Shown in pieces: positions 49,395-59,096 of a DNA stretch of 64,000 bases; position 1 is the stretch's first letter, and every line of letters begins with the position of its first letter. The stretch is taken from the NCBI GenBank assembly GCA_965198235.1, contig OZ240248.1, positions 3,840,001 to 3,904,000 on the forward strand, read 5' to 3'. Under the pieces are notes generated by a model, which worked only from the letters and a program-made list of their open reading frames with translations, did no database searches and was not told the DNA's origin. A program made the translations under genes and the position numbers. The stretch comes from Candidatus Poribacteria bacterium (GTDB lineage: Bacteria > Poribacteria > WGA-4E > WGA-3G).

Positions 49395-50468
49395 ATGAGC
49401 CAGAAAACGTATCGTGCCGCGGCAATTGGGCATACAGGTGCCGGCAACTTTGGGCACGGACTCCACACCCCATATAAAGATATAGAGAACGTTGAATTTA
49501 TCGCTGTCTCTGATCCGAACGAAGAGGGTAGAGAAAAAGCCGCCGCAGAAGCAGGTGCCTTGCGCAGTTACGCCGATTATCGAGATATGCTTGAGAAAGA
49601 GGATCTTGATATTGTGAGTGTCTGCCCCCGTTGGACCGCGGATCACGTTGCTATGGTAACTGCGTGCCTTGAGGCAGGGTGCAGTGTTTACAGCGAGAAG
49701 CCGATGACGAGTACGCTCGCAGATGGTGATATAATCGTTGGGACAGCGAAAAAACACGGATTAAAGGTCGCAGTGGCGCATCAGGCAGTCTATCTCCCAG
49801 CGACACACGCGATTAAAAAGATGATCGACGATGGAAAGATCGGCACGATCCAAGCCATCCATGCCAGCGGTAAGCAGGACCATCGGGGTGGCGGTGAGGA
49901 TATGATTGTTCTTGGCACCCACACGTTTAATATGATGCGTTTCTTCGTCGGTGATGTCGCGTGGATGCAGTCCCACGTTACGACAAACGGAAAAGAAGTA
50001 ACGTCCGGTGGCGACCATAAACCGACAGAGCCAGTTGGACCCGTCGCGGGTGATTGCATCAACAGCTACTTCGCTTTCAAGAACGGTGTTTCTGGCTTTT
50101 TTGAGTCTCGGAGAGATCAGGCTGGCTCCGGCAGATACGGCATGGAAATTGTCGGAAGCGAAGGCATTTTCTCGCTCCGAGGTGATGTTGCAAACCGCCT
50201 CATGGTCTACCCGCATCCAGTGCTGCTCCCTTCAAATCCAGACCAAGAGTGGGAGGCGATCGACTTAGACCAGACACCTTTTTCCAGCGGCAATGAACTC
50301 GCTATTCGCGATTTGATTGATGCGATTGAGAACGACCGGAAACCGATTTCCGCTGCGGAAGACGCTGTTGCAGCCTTGGAAATGATCCTCGGTGCCTACG
50401 AATCTCAACTGTCAGGACAACGCGTTCCCTTCCCAATCGCAAACCGCGAACATCCTTTGAACAGATAA
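49395..50468 (+). CDS. Gfo/Idh/MocA oxidoreductase
   Basis: YSEKPM, LGTH; Rossmann-like N-terminus. Confidence 0.88.
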   Translation: MSQKTYRAAAIGHTGAGNFGHGLHTPYKDIENVEFIAVSDPNEEGREKAAAEAGALRSYADYRDMLEKEDLDIVSVCPRWTADHVAMVTACLEAGCSVYSEKPMTSTLADGDIIVGTAKKHGLKVAVAHQAVYLPATHAIKKMIDDGKIGTIQAIHASGKQDHRGGGEDMIVLGTHTFNMMRFFVGDVAWMQSHVTTNGKEVTSGGDHKPTEPVGPVAGDCINSYFAFKNGVSGFFESRRDQAGSGRYGMEIVGSEGIFSLRGDVANRLMVYPHPVLLPSNPDQEWEAIDLDQTPFSSGNELAIRDLIDAIENDRKPISAAEDAVAALEMILGAYESQLSGQRVPFPIANREHPLNR

Positions 50469-50575
50469 CCCCACAACCCTTCGCTGGCGGGGTTTATAAC
50501 CCCGCCATTCTATGGACACCTCATTCCAAAACCAATATATGTCGGGCGAGATTTCTATGCCTCGCCAATACCTTC

Positions 50576-51292
50576 CTATACCGGTATCGTCTTCCGAACA
50601 CTATTTTCATAACGCACCTGATAATCGGAATCTGGCACGTCCATTGCCCGGACAGCAAGCTCGCCGAACGTAATCAGTGGCTCGGAAAGTAGAAGCAGTT
50701 CATCGAGCGATTCGGTCGGTGTCTTATCTGTTGTATCCAACACAATCTTACGTCCTTTTTGCGTAAACAGAGACCTGTCAATCTCTTCCTGAAAAAGGCG
50801 GTTGAGCGTTGGGATATCGGCTTCCTTAATGATCTGATATTCGTGTGGATCTGTTGCCATCCGTTCCTTAATCGCGTCATCGCTGGCAGTGACGTGGATC
50901 ATCACCACATCTGGTAGGCGTGCTTCAATCACCTGTGTTTCATAGCCGCGTTGCGCGTTGATGTGATATTTCGAGTAGTATAGGCTTTCTGGATCATCCC
51001 CATAGAAGGATGAGTAAACAAGTTCCTCAATATGCCATCCCGCGATCAGGGTGTTCGGATAGTTTCTAATTACCTCTACGTGATACTGAAGCTGCATCCG
51101 CTGCATCCGTTCCTTCACATCGTCTGGGAAATTTACGTACGCCGCTCTCGATTCTGGACTGAGCGATGAATCGGGGATAGTGAAGTGATCGTCAACGTGA
51201 ACAACCAATTTTCGGTGCCGATAATAGTCCGTCATCAGGTCTACCAATGTCGTTTTTCCGGCATATTCGATACCTACAAAAATACATCTCAT
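50576..51292 (-). CDS. P-loop nucleotide-kinase-like protein
   Basis: Walker A GIEYAGKTT; lid-like IKERM. Confidence 0.65.
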   Translation of the reverse strand: MRCIFVGIEYAGKTTLVDLMTDYYRHRKLVVHVDDHFTIPDSSLSPESRAAYVNFPDDVKERMQRMQLQYHVEVIRNYPNTLIAGWHIEELVYSSFYGDDPESLYYSKYHINAQRGYETQVIEARLPDVVMIHVTASDDAIKERMATDPHEYQIIKEADIPTLNRLFQEEIDRSLFTQKGRKIVLDTTDKTPTESLDELLLLSEPLITFGELAVRAMDVPDSDYQVRYENSVRKTIPV

Positions 51293-51402
51293 AAGAAATA
51301 CCTCGCTATAACTTCATGAATAGATAACCTTCCACATCTTGTCCTTATATTTATCACGAAACAGGAAAAGTGTCAAGCATCAAGGGCATTTGGTAGAGCA
51401 TT

Positions 51403-51521
51403 TATAGTAAACCCTCAAAACCAGTAAACATTTCCAGAGCCTTGAAAACGCTCCGCCCCGCTGGCGAGGTTTCCTAATCTCGCCCGTTCACAATGTATCG
51501 TTAATTGTAAACTTTACTATA
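51403..51521. mobile_element. Possible TA-ended MITE (tatagtaaa...tttactata) carrying a REP-like palindrome
   Basis: 9-bp TIRs; internal gctggcgaggtttcctaatctcgcc resembles 50483-50507. Confidence 0.45.
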
Positions 51522-51792
51522 GTTCCCTGATAAGAATGAACATTGACTCGCAACATGCCGCTGTAGGAGCGACCTCCCGGTCGCGACTCTCCAAAGTCGT
51601 TGCTACAACCAAGAGACTTCGAGGAGATTGAAAGGACAGATGTCGCCCCTACGGGGCTTTATTTTTTGGTATGAACTCTGTTCTCCACAGATGCTGAAGA
51701 AATCTGCAAGCAAATAAACCCTACGGGACTCAGGATAGCGAAAAACCGAAATGACGCGAGAACTAAATGTCCCTAATGCAATTTCTGTTTCC

Positions 51793-51821
51793 TTGACAAT
51801 AGCGCATTTGCGAGGTATAAT
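51793..51821 (+). promoter_or_regulatory. Consensus sigma70 promoter TTGACA-N17-TATAAT of the TA operon
   Basis: Perfect match. Confidence 0.8.
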
Positions 51822-51859
51822 AACTTTGTCTTAAACAGATTGAACCCAAGGAGGCACAC

Positions 51860-52162
51860 ATGGAAAAAATTCAGACCGTCAAAATCTACGATTCGGAATA
51901 TGAGACAACCTATACTGCCCAGATTCAAAAAAACGGCGACGGATGGATAGGATGGATACAGGAACATCCGAAGGTGAAATGCGAAGATAGTACACAGAAA
52001 GCGTTGCTGAAGACCCTTGAAAGGACGCTTTATGAAACTTTAGAAGCCGACTGGGAGGCATGGGATAAGCAGATCGAGGAAGACATAAAAGCCGGAAGGC
52101 TTGATCGACTTCGCAAGGAAACCCTTGAGGATTTGCGGGCAGGTAGGTGCAAAGATCTATAA
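51860..52162 (+). CDS. Type II antitoxin: HicB-like N-domain plus WDKQIEED..AGRLD C-terminal segment
   Basis: YTAQI..NGDGWIGWI.E.P.V HicB-like pattern; overlaps the toxin gene; AGGAGG RBS. Confidence 0.7.
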   Translation: MEKIQTVKIYDSEYETTYTAQIQKNGDGWIGWIQEHPKVKCEDSTQKALLKTLERTLYETLEADWEAWDKQIEEDIKAGRLDRLRKETLEDLRAGRCKDL

Positions 52163-52406
52163 AACGCGCAGAGAATTTTGGGAGCATTATCAAAATCTGC
52201 CCCAAGAGATCCAACGACAAGCCGACAAGTGTTTTCAATTGCTGCAGCGAGACCCGAAACATCCCTCTCTGAATTTCAAGCAAGTTGGAAAAACGGATTG
52301 GTCGGTGAGAATTAACAGGTCCTATCGCGCTTTGGCATTTGAGGAGGAAGGGACTTTCGTCTGGTTTTGGATCGGCAAACACGATGAATACATGCGGCGA
52401 ATCTAA
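52101..52406 (+). CDS. RelE/ParE-like toxin (start uncertain)
   Basis: FWEHYQNLP, DPKHPSLNFK, WSVRI..SYRAL, WFWIG.HDEY. Confidence 0.85.
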   Translation: MIDFARKPLRICGQVGAKIYKTRREFWEHYQNLPQEIQRQADKCFQLLQRDPKHPSLNFKQVGKTDWSVRINRSYRALAFEEEGTFVWFWIGKHDEYMRRI

Positions 52407-52447
52407 TAATCAAAGTTTCTACGAAATTGCTTCACTGATAACATACC

Positions 52448-53440
52448 ATGTTGACAATCGGCAACCTCAACATTTCAGATTTCCCACTACTGCTCGCACC
52501 GATGGAAGATGTGAGCGATCCGCCGTTCCGCGCCGTCTGCAAAGAGAACGGAGCGGATCTCATGTACACGGAATTCATCTCCTCCGAGGCACTCATCCGT
52601 GATGCCGCACCGAGTGTTGCCAAGCTGGACATTTTTGAAACGGAGAGACCGATTGGCATCCAAATTTTTGGTCACAACATCGATTCTATGCGCGCCTCTG
52701 TGGAAATCACTGAAAAGGTCCAACCCGACATCATCGATATTAATTATGGGTGTCCCGTTAAGAAGGTCACCTGTAAAGGTGCAGGTGCCGGTATCCTACA
52801 AGACATCCCCAAAATGGTGAAAATGACTGCCGAGATGGTAAAAACTACAGATCTGCCTGTCACCGTCAAAACGCGACTCGGATGGGACGATAAAACGAAA
52901 TATGTCGTTGAAGTCGCGGAGCGGCTGCAGGATGTCGGTATCCGCGCGATTGCTATTCACGGCAGAACCCGGCGGCAGATGTATAAGGGGGACGCCGACT
53001 GGACACTTATCGGTAGGATCAAAGACAACCCGCGCATGACAATCCCTGTCTTCGGCAACGGTGATGTTGATAGTCCACAAAAAGCGGCGCAGATGCGGCA
53101 CCAATACGGCGTTGACGGTATCATGATTGGGCGCGCCGCGATCGGGTACCCGTGGATTTTCAACGAGGTAAAACACTATTTCGCTACGGGTGAGTCGCTC
53201 CCACCACCTTCAATAGATGAACGGATTGCTGTTTTTAGAAAGCACCTTGATTTCTCCATTAAATGGAAAGGATTAAAACTCGGTCTCGTTGAAATGCGCC
53301 GACACTATAGCAACTATTTTAAAGGCATTCCACATGTTAAGTCCTTTCGCTACCGGCTCGTCACATGCGATAGTTACGACGGTGTTTTGGACATTGTGAC
53401 GGAACTCCGGACGCATGCTCTGATGTTAGCTGCTGCGTAG
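52448..53440 (+). CDS. dusB: tRNA-dihydrouridine synthase B
   Basis: LAPME, DINYGCPVKKV, HGRT, GNGD, MIGRA. Confidence 0.93.
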   Translation: MLTIGNLNISDFPLLLAPMEDVSDPPFRAVCKENGADLMYTEFISSEALIRDAAPSVAKLDIFETERPIGIQIFGHNIDSMRASVEITEKVQPDIIDINYGCPVKKVTCKGAGAGILQDIPKMVKMTAEMVKTTDLPVTVKTRLGWDDKTKYVVEVAERLQDVGIRAIAIHGRTRRQMYKGDADWTLIGRIKDNPRMTIPVFGNGDVDSPQKAAQMRHQYGVDGIMIGRAAIGYPWIFNEVKHYFATGESLPPPSIDERIAVFRKHLDFSIKWKGLKLGLVEMRRHYSNYFKGIPHVKSFRYRLVTCDSYDGVLDIVTELRTHALMLAAA

Positions 53441-53536
53441 CAGAGAGTCAGGATTCGGCGATCTCTCCTCCCAATAACAGGTCAGGATCCTTCCTACGGA
53501 AGAACTAAATGCTTTTAAGAAGCGTCCAAAAAATAC

Positions 53537-53565
53537 TTGACTCAAAAGCCAAATAATATTATCAT
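53537..53565 (+). promoter_or_regulatory. Promoter TTGACT-N17-TATCAT upstream of dapF
   Basis: Direct reading. Confidence 0.5.
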
Positions 53566-53600
53566 GTAACAAATTATATCTCCGCAGTAAAGGACCTGGA

Positions 53601-54425
53601 ATGGACAAAATACCCTTTATGAAACTCAGCGGTGCAGGCAATGACTTCGTCATCATCAATAATTTGGCGGGAATCGTTGATAGCACCGATACAGATTTTG
53701 TGAAAAAACTCTGCCAACGCCGTATGTCGGTCGGGGCTGACGGTGTTCTCCTCGTCGAAAAGGCGGACGGTGTCGACTTTCGCATGCGCTACTTCAATGC
53801 TGACGGCGGCGAGGTGGAAACTTGCGGGAACGGCGCGCGATGTATCTCCAAATTCGCCTATTTGAACGGGCTCGCGTCTGAACAGATGCGATTTCTGACG
53901 AACGCCGGAATTTATGAATCCGAAATAGTCGGTCAGGACGTTAAAGTACGTATGAGCGATCCTACGGATATCCGGCTCAATGTTCCACTCCAATTGGAAG
54001 ATGGGATGCACACGGTCGGATTCGCGAATAGCGGCGTGCCTCACGTTATCTTCTTCGTCGAGGACTTGGAAGAAACGGATGTCTTTGATTTAGGACAGCA
54101 AACGCGTTATCACGACGATTTCAAGCCCGCTGGCACGAACGCGAATTTTATCCGCATTCAATCGTCGGGGTTGATTGATATCCGGACGTATGAGCGCGGT
54201 GTTGAAGATGAAACGCTCGCTTGTGGCACCGGGTCAATTGCTTCTGCTATTGTTGCTGCGACGTTAGGAAAAGTAGAATCCCCGGTTGCTGTCAAAACGG
54301 CGAGTGGGGTCGAATTGAAGATTCATTTCGATGTAGAGAATGGCGAAGCGCGAGACGTTTATCTTGAAGGCGATGCTCGCGTTATCTTCGTCGGTGAACT
54401 CACAACAGACGCATGGAATTATTAA
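53601..54425 (+). CDS. dapF: Diaminopimelate epimerase
   Basis: GAGNDF, CGNGARC, GVPH, ERGVEDETLACGTG. Confidence 0.96.
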   Translation: MDKIPFMKLSGAGNDFVIINNLAGIVDSTDTDFVKKLCQRRMSVGADGVLLVEKADGVDFRMRYFNADGGEVETCGNGARCISKFAYLNGLASEQMRFLTNAGIYESEIVGQDVKVRMSDPTDIRLNVPLQLEDGMHTVGFANSGVPHVIFFVEDLEETDVFDLGQQTRYHDDFKPAGTNANFIRIQSSGLIDIRTYERGVEDETLACGTGSIASAIVAATLGKVESPVAVKTASGVELKIHFDVENGEARDVYLEGDARVIFVGELTTDAWNY

Positions 54426-54483
54426 GCACACTTGTAGCCTCGCTATACTGAGTGAGATGCCTACAGATATAAGGAGGGTTTAC

Positions 54484-55359
54484 ATGTTTCAAGGCTCTTA
54501 TGTTGCACTCGTCACACCATTTAAGGACGATGAATCGCTTGACGAAGCGAAACTCAAGGAACTGATTCAATTTCAGCTTGACGGCGGCACACACGGCATC
54601 GTCCCGTGTGGCACAACAGGTGAATCCCCCGCGCTGTCTGAGGCTGAACATGATAGGGTGATAGAACTCACTGTTGAAACTGTAAATGGGAAGGTGCCTA
54701 TTATCGCGGGGACTGGCTCCAACTCAACAACACGCACCTTGCGTGCAACGCAACATGCCAAAGATGCCGGTGCGGATGCTGCCCTGATTGTTACCCCTTA
54801 TTATAACAAGCCTACCCAAGAGGGTTTGTATGCCCACTATATGAAAGTCGCTGACACAGTGGATATCCCGATTGTCATCTACAACGTTCCGGGACGTTGC
54901 GGTACCGACATCCTTTCACCCACGATTGCCCGGCTTGCCGAACATCCAAACATCGTCGCACTCAAGGAAGCGACTGGCGAACTCAAACGCGCCAGTGAGG
55001 TCGTCAACCTATGTCCCGATGATTTCGTTGTGCTTTCGGGGGATGATGTGAATACGCTGCCGATGCTGGCGGTCGGAGGGAAAGGCGTGATTTCAGTTGT
55101 GGCGAACATTGCGCCTGCGGATGTCGCGGAGATGTGCAACGCTTTCCACGCCGGAAATCTTGAACTTGCCCGCAAACTTCACTATAAAGCGTTGCCACTG
55201 GCGGTCGATCTCTTTATTGAGACGAACCCGATTCCTGCGAAAACCGCGCTCCAACTGATGGGGAAACTCAATGGGAAGTTGCGGTTGCCGCTCGTACCGA
55301 TGGTTCCTGAGAACCTTGAATCCTTACGCAACACGCTTTCGGAAACAGGGTTGATTTAA
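54484..55359 (+). CDS. dapA: 4-hydroxy-tetrahydrodipicolinate synthase
   Basis: GTTGE, TPYYNKP, YNVPGR, LKEA, SGDD; AGGAGG RBS. Confidence 0.96.
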   Translation: MFQGSYVALVTPFKDDESLDEAKLKELIQFQLDGGTHGIVPCGTTGESPALSEAEHDRVIELTVETVNGKVPIIAGTGSNSTTRTLRATQHAKDAGADAALIVTPYYNKPTQEGLYAHYMKVADTVDIPIVIYNVPGRCGTDILSPTIARLAEHPNIVALKEATGELKRASEVVNLCPDDFVVLSGDDVNTLPMLAVGGKGVISVVANIAPADVAEMCNAFHAGNLELARKLHYKALPLAVDLFIETNPIPAKTALQLMGKLNGKLRLPLVPMVPENLESLRNTLSETGLI

Positions 55360-55451
55360 CGGAGAACAGACTCCAACCCCTTGTAGCCTCCAAGAGAAAT
55401 GTTCATGGATGCTCGAACGTGTTTCGGGCATCTTTCCCAGGGAAATCAGAT

Positions 55452-56540
55452 ATGAAAAGAAGCATAAAAATTGTGCTGATAGGGATTGCAGGGGTCGTTA
55501 TCTTAGGAGGTATTGCTGCGGGATATATGTTTTGGAAAATGAGCCAACCGCTCTATACATTCGGTTCTGTCAGTAAAAGTGAAAACTTACGCGCGCCGTT
55601 GGAGCCGCCCTCGCAAATTGATTCTTCGGTATGGCAGGTGGAGTCTGATATATCCCTGCATTTTGACGTATACGGAAAAGGTCGCCCTGTTGTTGTTGTG
55701 CATGGCGGCCCGGGCATCCCTTATGCAAACGCCTGGAAAGGGTTCAAGCTATTGGAAGCTCGCTTTGCCTTCTACTATTACCACCAGCGGGGTGCTGGTA
55801 AGTCTACAAGACCGATTGACCGTTTTAAGTCAAAAAACTATCCTAAAAATGTAGCACAACTTGACCAGACGCTTGGCATAGGTGCACAAATAGCCGACAT
55901 TGAACGCATCCGCCGTATCCTTAAAGAGAGAAAATTATTGCTGGTTGGACATTCGTTTGGAGGCTTTATCGCGGCACTTTACGCAGCGGAATTCCCGGAT
56001 CAGGTTGAGAAACTCATTCTTGTCGCACCCGCGGCAGTACTCACGCCACCGGAAAAGGGAAACGATCTCTTTGAAGCAGTTCGGCGCAAGATTCCGCAAG
56101 CGGCACAAACCAAATATAATGCATTGCTCAAAGAATACTTCAACTTCGGCGATATTTTCTCAAAATCGGATGCTGACCTTGTGGATTTACACACACAAGT
56201 CGGTCGATATATTCTCATCGGCATGGGATACGATGCTTCGGCTATGGATATAATGGCATCGCCCCCCGGTGGATGGAGTTCCTTTGCGGTATATTTCAGC
56301 AGTGGCAGGTCGCCCGATTATCGTGCAGCGGTTGGACACATCACCGCACCCACGCTCATTTTGCATGGGGAGGACGATACTATCGCGCTAAAGGGTAGCC
56401 GAGATTACGAGAGGGTTATTCCGAACGCGAAGTTTGTCTCTATCGGTTGTTCTGATACAGATTCGGTGGCTGGACACTTTATCTATGATGATTGCCCTGC
56501 TGAGTTCGCCGCAGCCGTGCGCGCTTTTCTCGACCTCTGA
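55452..56540 (+). CDS. Alpha/beta hydrolase (proline-iminopeptidase-like) with N-terminal TM
   Basis: HGGPG, QRGAGKS, GHSFGG, HGEDD, GH. Confidence 0.88.
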   Translation: MKRSIKIVLIGIAGVVILGGIAAGYMFWKMSQPLYTFGSVSKSENLRAPLEPPSQIDSSVWQVESDISLHFDVYGKGRPVVVVHGGPGIPYANAWKGFKLLEARFAFYYYHQRGAGKSTRPIDRFKSKNYPKNVAQLDQTLGIGAQIADIERIRRILKERKLLLVGHSFGGFIAALYAAEFPDQVEKLILVAPAAVLTPPEKGNDLFEAVRRKIPQAAQTKYNALLKEYFNFGDIFSKSDADLVDLHTQVGRYILIGMGYDASAMDIMASPPGGWSSFAVYFSSGRSPDYRAAVGHITAPTLILHGEDDTIALKGSRDYERVIPNAKFVSIGCSDTDSVAGHFIYDDCPAEFAAAVRAFLDL

Positions 56541-56555
56541 CCAAGGGAATAGAAA

Positions 56556-57194
56556 GTGAGCGAAGATGTATTTGAAGGTTGTGTCATAATGAGTGACAGC
56601 AATTTCACCTTAGAATCAGCGTTAGCGGCGTTTCAACTGGAAAAGGTTGAATCCGCAGGTACCTTTTCTGAAATAGACCCGATTGCTCCAAGTGCCTACC
56701 TCACAACAGGGTTGGCGAAAAAGGTGCCTTTGGCAGCTGCCATTGGGACTGAGAAGGCGCGCTCCGAACTCATTGTCGCTGACGTACTGGTTGAACTCCG
56801 AGAAAAGTTCAACTACCGCATTAGCTTCTTTTCAGGGATTGACTTCAGCGTCGATGTTGAAAGTGGATTAGTGGGCATCTGCGATTTTTTAGTGAGCCTG
56901 TCCCCCGGCCAGCTGTTGTTAGAGGCACCTCTCATCATCCTTGTTGAGACAAAGAAGGATGACCCAAAACTCGGACTCGGGCAGTGTGTCGCCGAAATGC
57001 TCGCCGCACAACGTTTTAATGCTGAAAAGGGAAATAGTATCCCCGCCGTTTACGGGGCTACCACGACGGGGACAGAGTGGCAATTTCTCAGATTGGCGGA
57101 AAAGAGGTTACAGATCGATATGGACATCTACCCGATTCAGCAGTGTGCCAAAATCCTCGGTATCCTCTCGAGCATGGTAAACCAAAAAGCCTGA
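56556..57194 (+). CDS. PD-(D/E)XK-like hypothetical protein (start may be 56589)
   Basis: EKARSE, GICDF...VETKK...GQCVAEM, TTGTEWQFL. Confidence 0.65.
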   Translation: MSEDVFEGCVIMSDSNFTLESALAAFQLEKVESAGTFSEIDPIAPSAYLTTGLAKKVPLAAAIGTEKARSELIVADVLVELREKFNYRISFFSGIDFSVDVESGLVGICDFLVSLSPGQLLLEAPLIILVETKKDDPKLGLGQCVAEMLAAQRFNAEKGNSIPAVYGATTTGTEWQFLRLAEKRLQIDMDIYPIQQCAKILGILSSMVNQKA

Positions 57195-57206
57195 AGAGCG
57201 TCCGGC

Positions 57207-58538
57207 TTAGGATTGATACACGGCTGGTAACAATCTGTGCACGGTATCAATCACTAATTGCTCAACCCCAGGGGCAAATCGAGTCGGCGGACCGAAATAG
57301 AGCATCGCACCTCCACCTTCATAACCCCCCTCGGCTAATACCCGCTCCGACGGAATATAGCACGGAAACGCGTTTGAATACGCACCTACCCAGAGTCGAT
57401 CGGCATCTAACTCACTTTTCAAACGGAGTGAATAATCGACGACCACCTCACTCGCAAGGAAAACAATGGCGAGTTCCTCGCCGAATCTCCACGCTTGTAC
57501 CGGATATGAAAGTTCCGCCTGCAACGGCAGTCCTTTCTGCAAGCGTTCGAGGTGCTTTTGGGCGTGATAGGCATCGGAACCACCTGCTGCTACGCGTGCT
57601 TCCCATTCCTCACGGGTCGGTAGTGTATCAAAGGGCAGATTAACCCTCTCAAACACGCCAGTAGGAACATTGGTGAGTGACTTAGCCTCTCCTTTCAGGA
57701 GACGTTGGATCTCCTCCGAGAGTGCTTCTCCATGTGCTTTCGCATACGCAAGACGGGTGCTGAAAACCTCTTCTTGCCCATCCGGCATCGGCATCATCCG
57801 CGATTCAGGATTCGCATCGGCACCACATCCAATGGAGATTAAAGCGGTTACACCGGGTAAAGTGTTTTGGATGGCATCTTGGGCAAATCCTGCCCAATCT
57901 CCGCAGATATGATTATCTGTGCCTGCCAACGTCGTGCAATGGCAGGCGTAACTTGCCCATACGGCGCGTAGTGTGCCATCCAGACTTGTTATTTGCATAC
58001 ACGGTAAAGAATGGTCTACCGGACCACCTTCAGTACGCCGATTTTTTGCGAAACCGAGTTCTCCGATGCTCCAACTCAAACGTGATGGCTCACGGTTTGC
58101 AAGTGCCTCCAATGCAACGGCTTCCATCCAGTCCTTAAATTGAGCCGTGTACCGATCTATCGTTTCCTGTTGTGCGGGAGGTATATCCGAACTAAACAGG
58201 AAAGGTGCGGCGTTTGTTAGGCACGGTGCACTGTGTGTATGTGTGAAGCACGCCACGAAATGGGCACGCGAGATTCCCGTTTTCTCCTTGATTCGGTGGG
58301 ACACTTCCTCGGTCAACTCATCCGGTAAGCCGCAGTTTTCGACCGTTACTAAAACAACGGGTTCATCTGCATCACCGCCAATAGCGAGTGCCTTCGCCCA
58401 TATGCGCTGGATGATACCGTCGGATTCCGTGCGACGACTACCGTAACCACTCAGTCGAATCGGATAATCTGGAGTAATATCTACTTCGGCAACACCAACC
58501 TGAATAATACTATTCTTCCTTGTCATGTTGTTCTCCAT
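57207..58538 (-). CDS. Neutral/alkaline ceramidase-like hydrolase
   Basis: DITP, THTHSAP, YACH, G..GAD.NP, YIP....EGGYE. Confidence 0.8.
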   Translation of the reverse strand: MENNMTRKNSIIQVGVAEVDITPDYPIRLSGYGSRRTESDGIIQRIWAKALAIGGDADEPVVLVTVENCGLPDELTEEVSHRIKEKTGISRAHFVACFTHTHSAPCLTNAAPFLFSSDIPPAQQETIDRYTAQFKDWMEAVALEALANREPSRLSWSIGELGFAKNRRTEGGPVDHSLPCMQITSLDGTLRAVWASYACHCTTLAGTDNHICGDWAGFAQDAIQNTLPGVTALISIGCGADANPESRMMPMPDGQEEVFSTRLAYAKAHGEALSEEIQRLLKGEAKSLTNVPTGVFERVNLPFDTLPTREEWEARVAAGGSDAYHAQKHLERLQKGLPLQAELSYPVQAWRFGEELAIVFLASEVVVDYSLRLKSELDADRLWVGAYSNAFPCYIPSERVLAEGGYEGGGAMLYFGPPTRFAPGVEQLVIDTVHRLLPAVYQS

Positions 58539-59016
58539 TATCGGTGTCCACTTCTTCGCTTAGGAAAAGCATTTGAAGTGTGTCTCTGGGATGTTCTCGG
58601 AAGTCGGCTGAATGGACTCGCCACAGCTGAATTCCCTCCGGAATGTCGTTATATCTGGTGTCGCTGCTTGGTAGTGTGTCAATACAGGTGACTTCCAGTT
58701 CTAAATGCGCAAGAATCGGGATGTCAACGAGAGTAGTGGCGAATTCATATTCGTCCACAAGAATGTCAAACTTGACTTGAATCTCGCCCATATCAGCACT
58801 AATTGACAACAGGAGCAACTGGTCAGCGAAGTGCCAACAAGTTTCCCAAGTATCGCCCGTAAACGTCTGTTCTTTGAGCGGATCCTCTATTTCAAGTGGC
58901 ATAGGACGTAGTCCTTGTTCAGCCATATCAAAAGCAGTCGCAGTCGCTTCTATAACGCGTGATACATGTGCATCGGGCGGCTGACCGCGTTTTCGACGGT
59001 ATTTCTTCTTCTTCAT
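58510..59016 (-). CDS. Hypothetical protein
   Basis: ORF with GGAG RBS, overlapping the downstream gene in an operon-like layout. Confidence 0.6.
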   Translation of the reverse strand: MKKKKYRRKRGQPPDAHVSRVIEATATAFDMAEQGLRPMPLEIEDPLKEQTFTGDTWETCWHFADQLLLLSISADMGEIQVKFDILVDEYEFATTLVDIPILAHLELEVTCIDTLPSSDTRYNDIPEGIQLWRVHSADFREHPRDTLQMLFLSEEVDTDNGEQHDKEE

Positions 59017-59096
59017 CTATTTTCTCCATATTCCTTGCTTTTGCAGGTGCTGTTTACAACTACATTGTTCAGACGATAAAGTGAGAATGCCTTACC

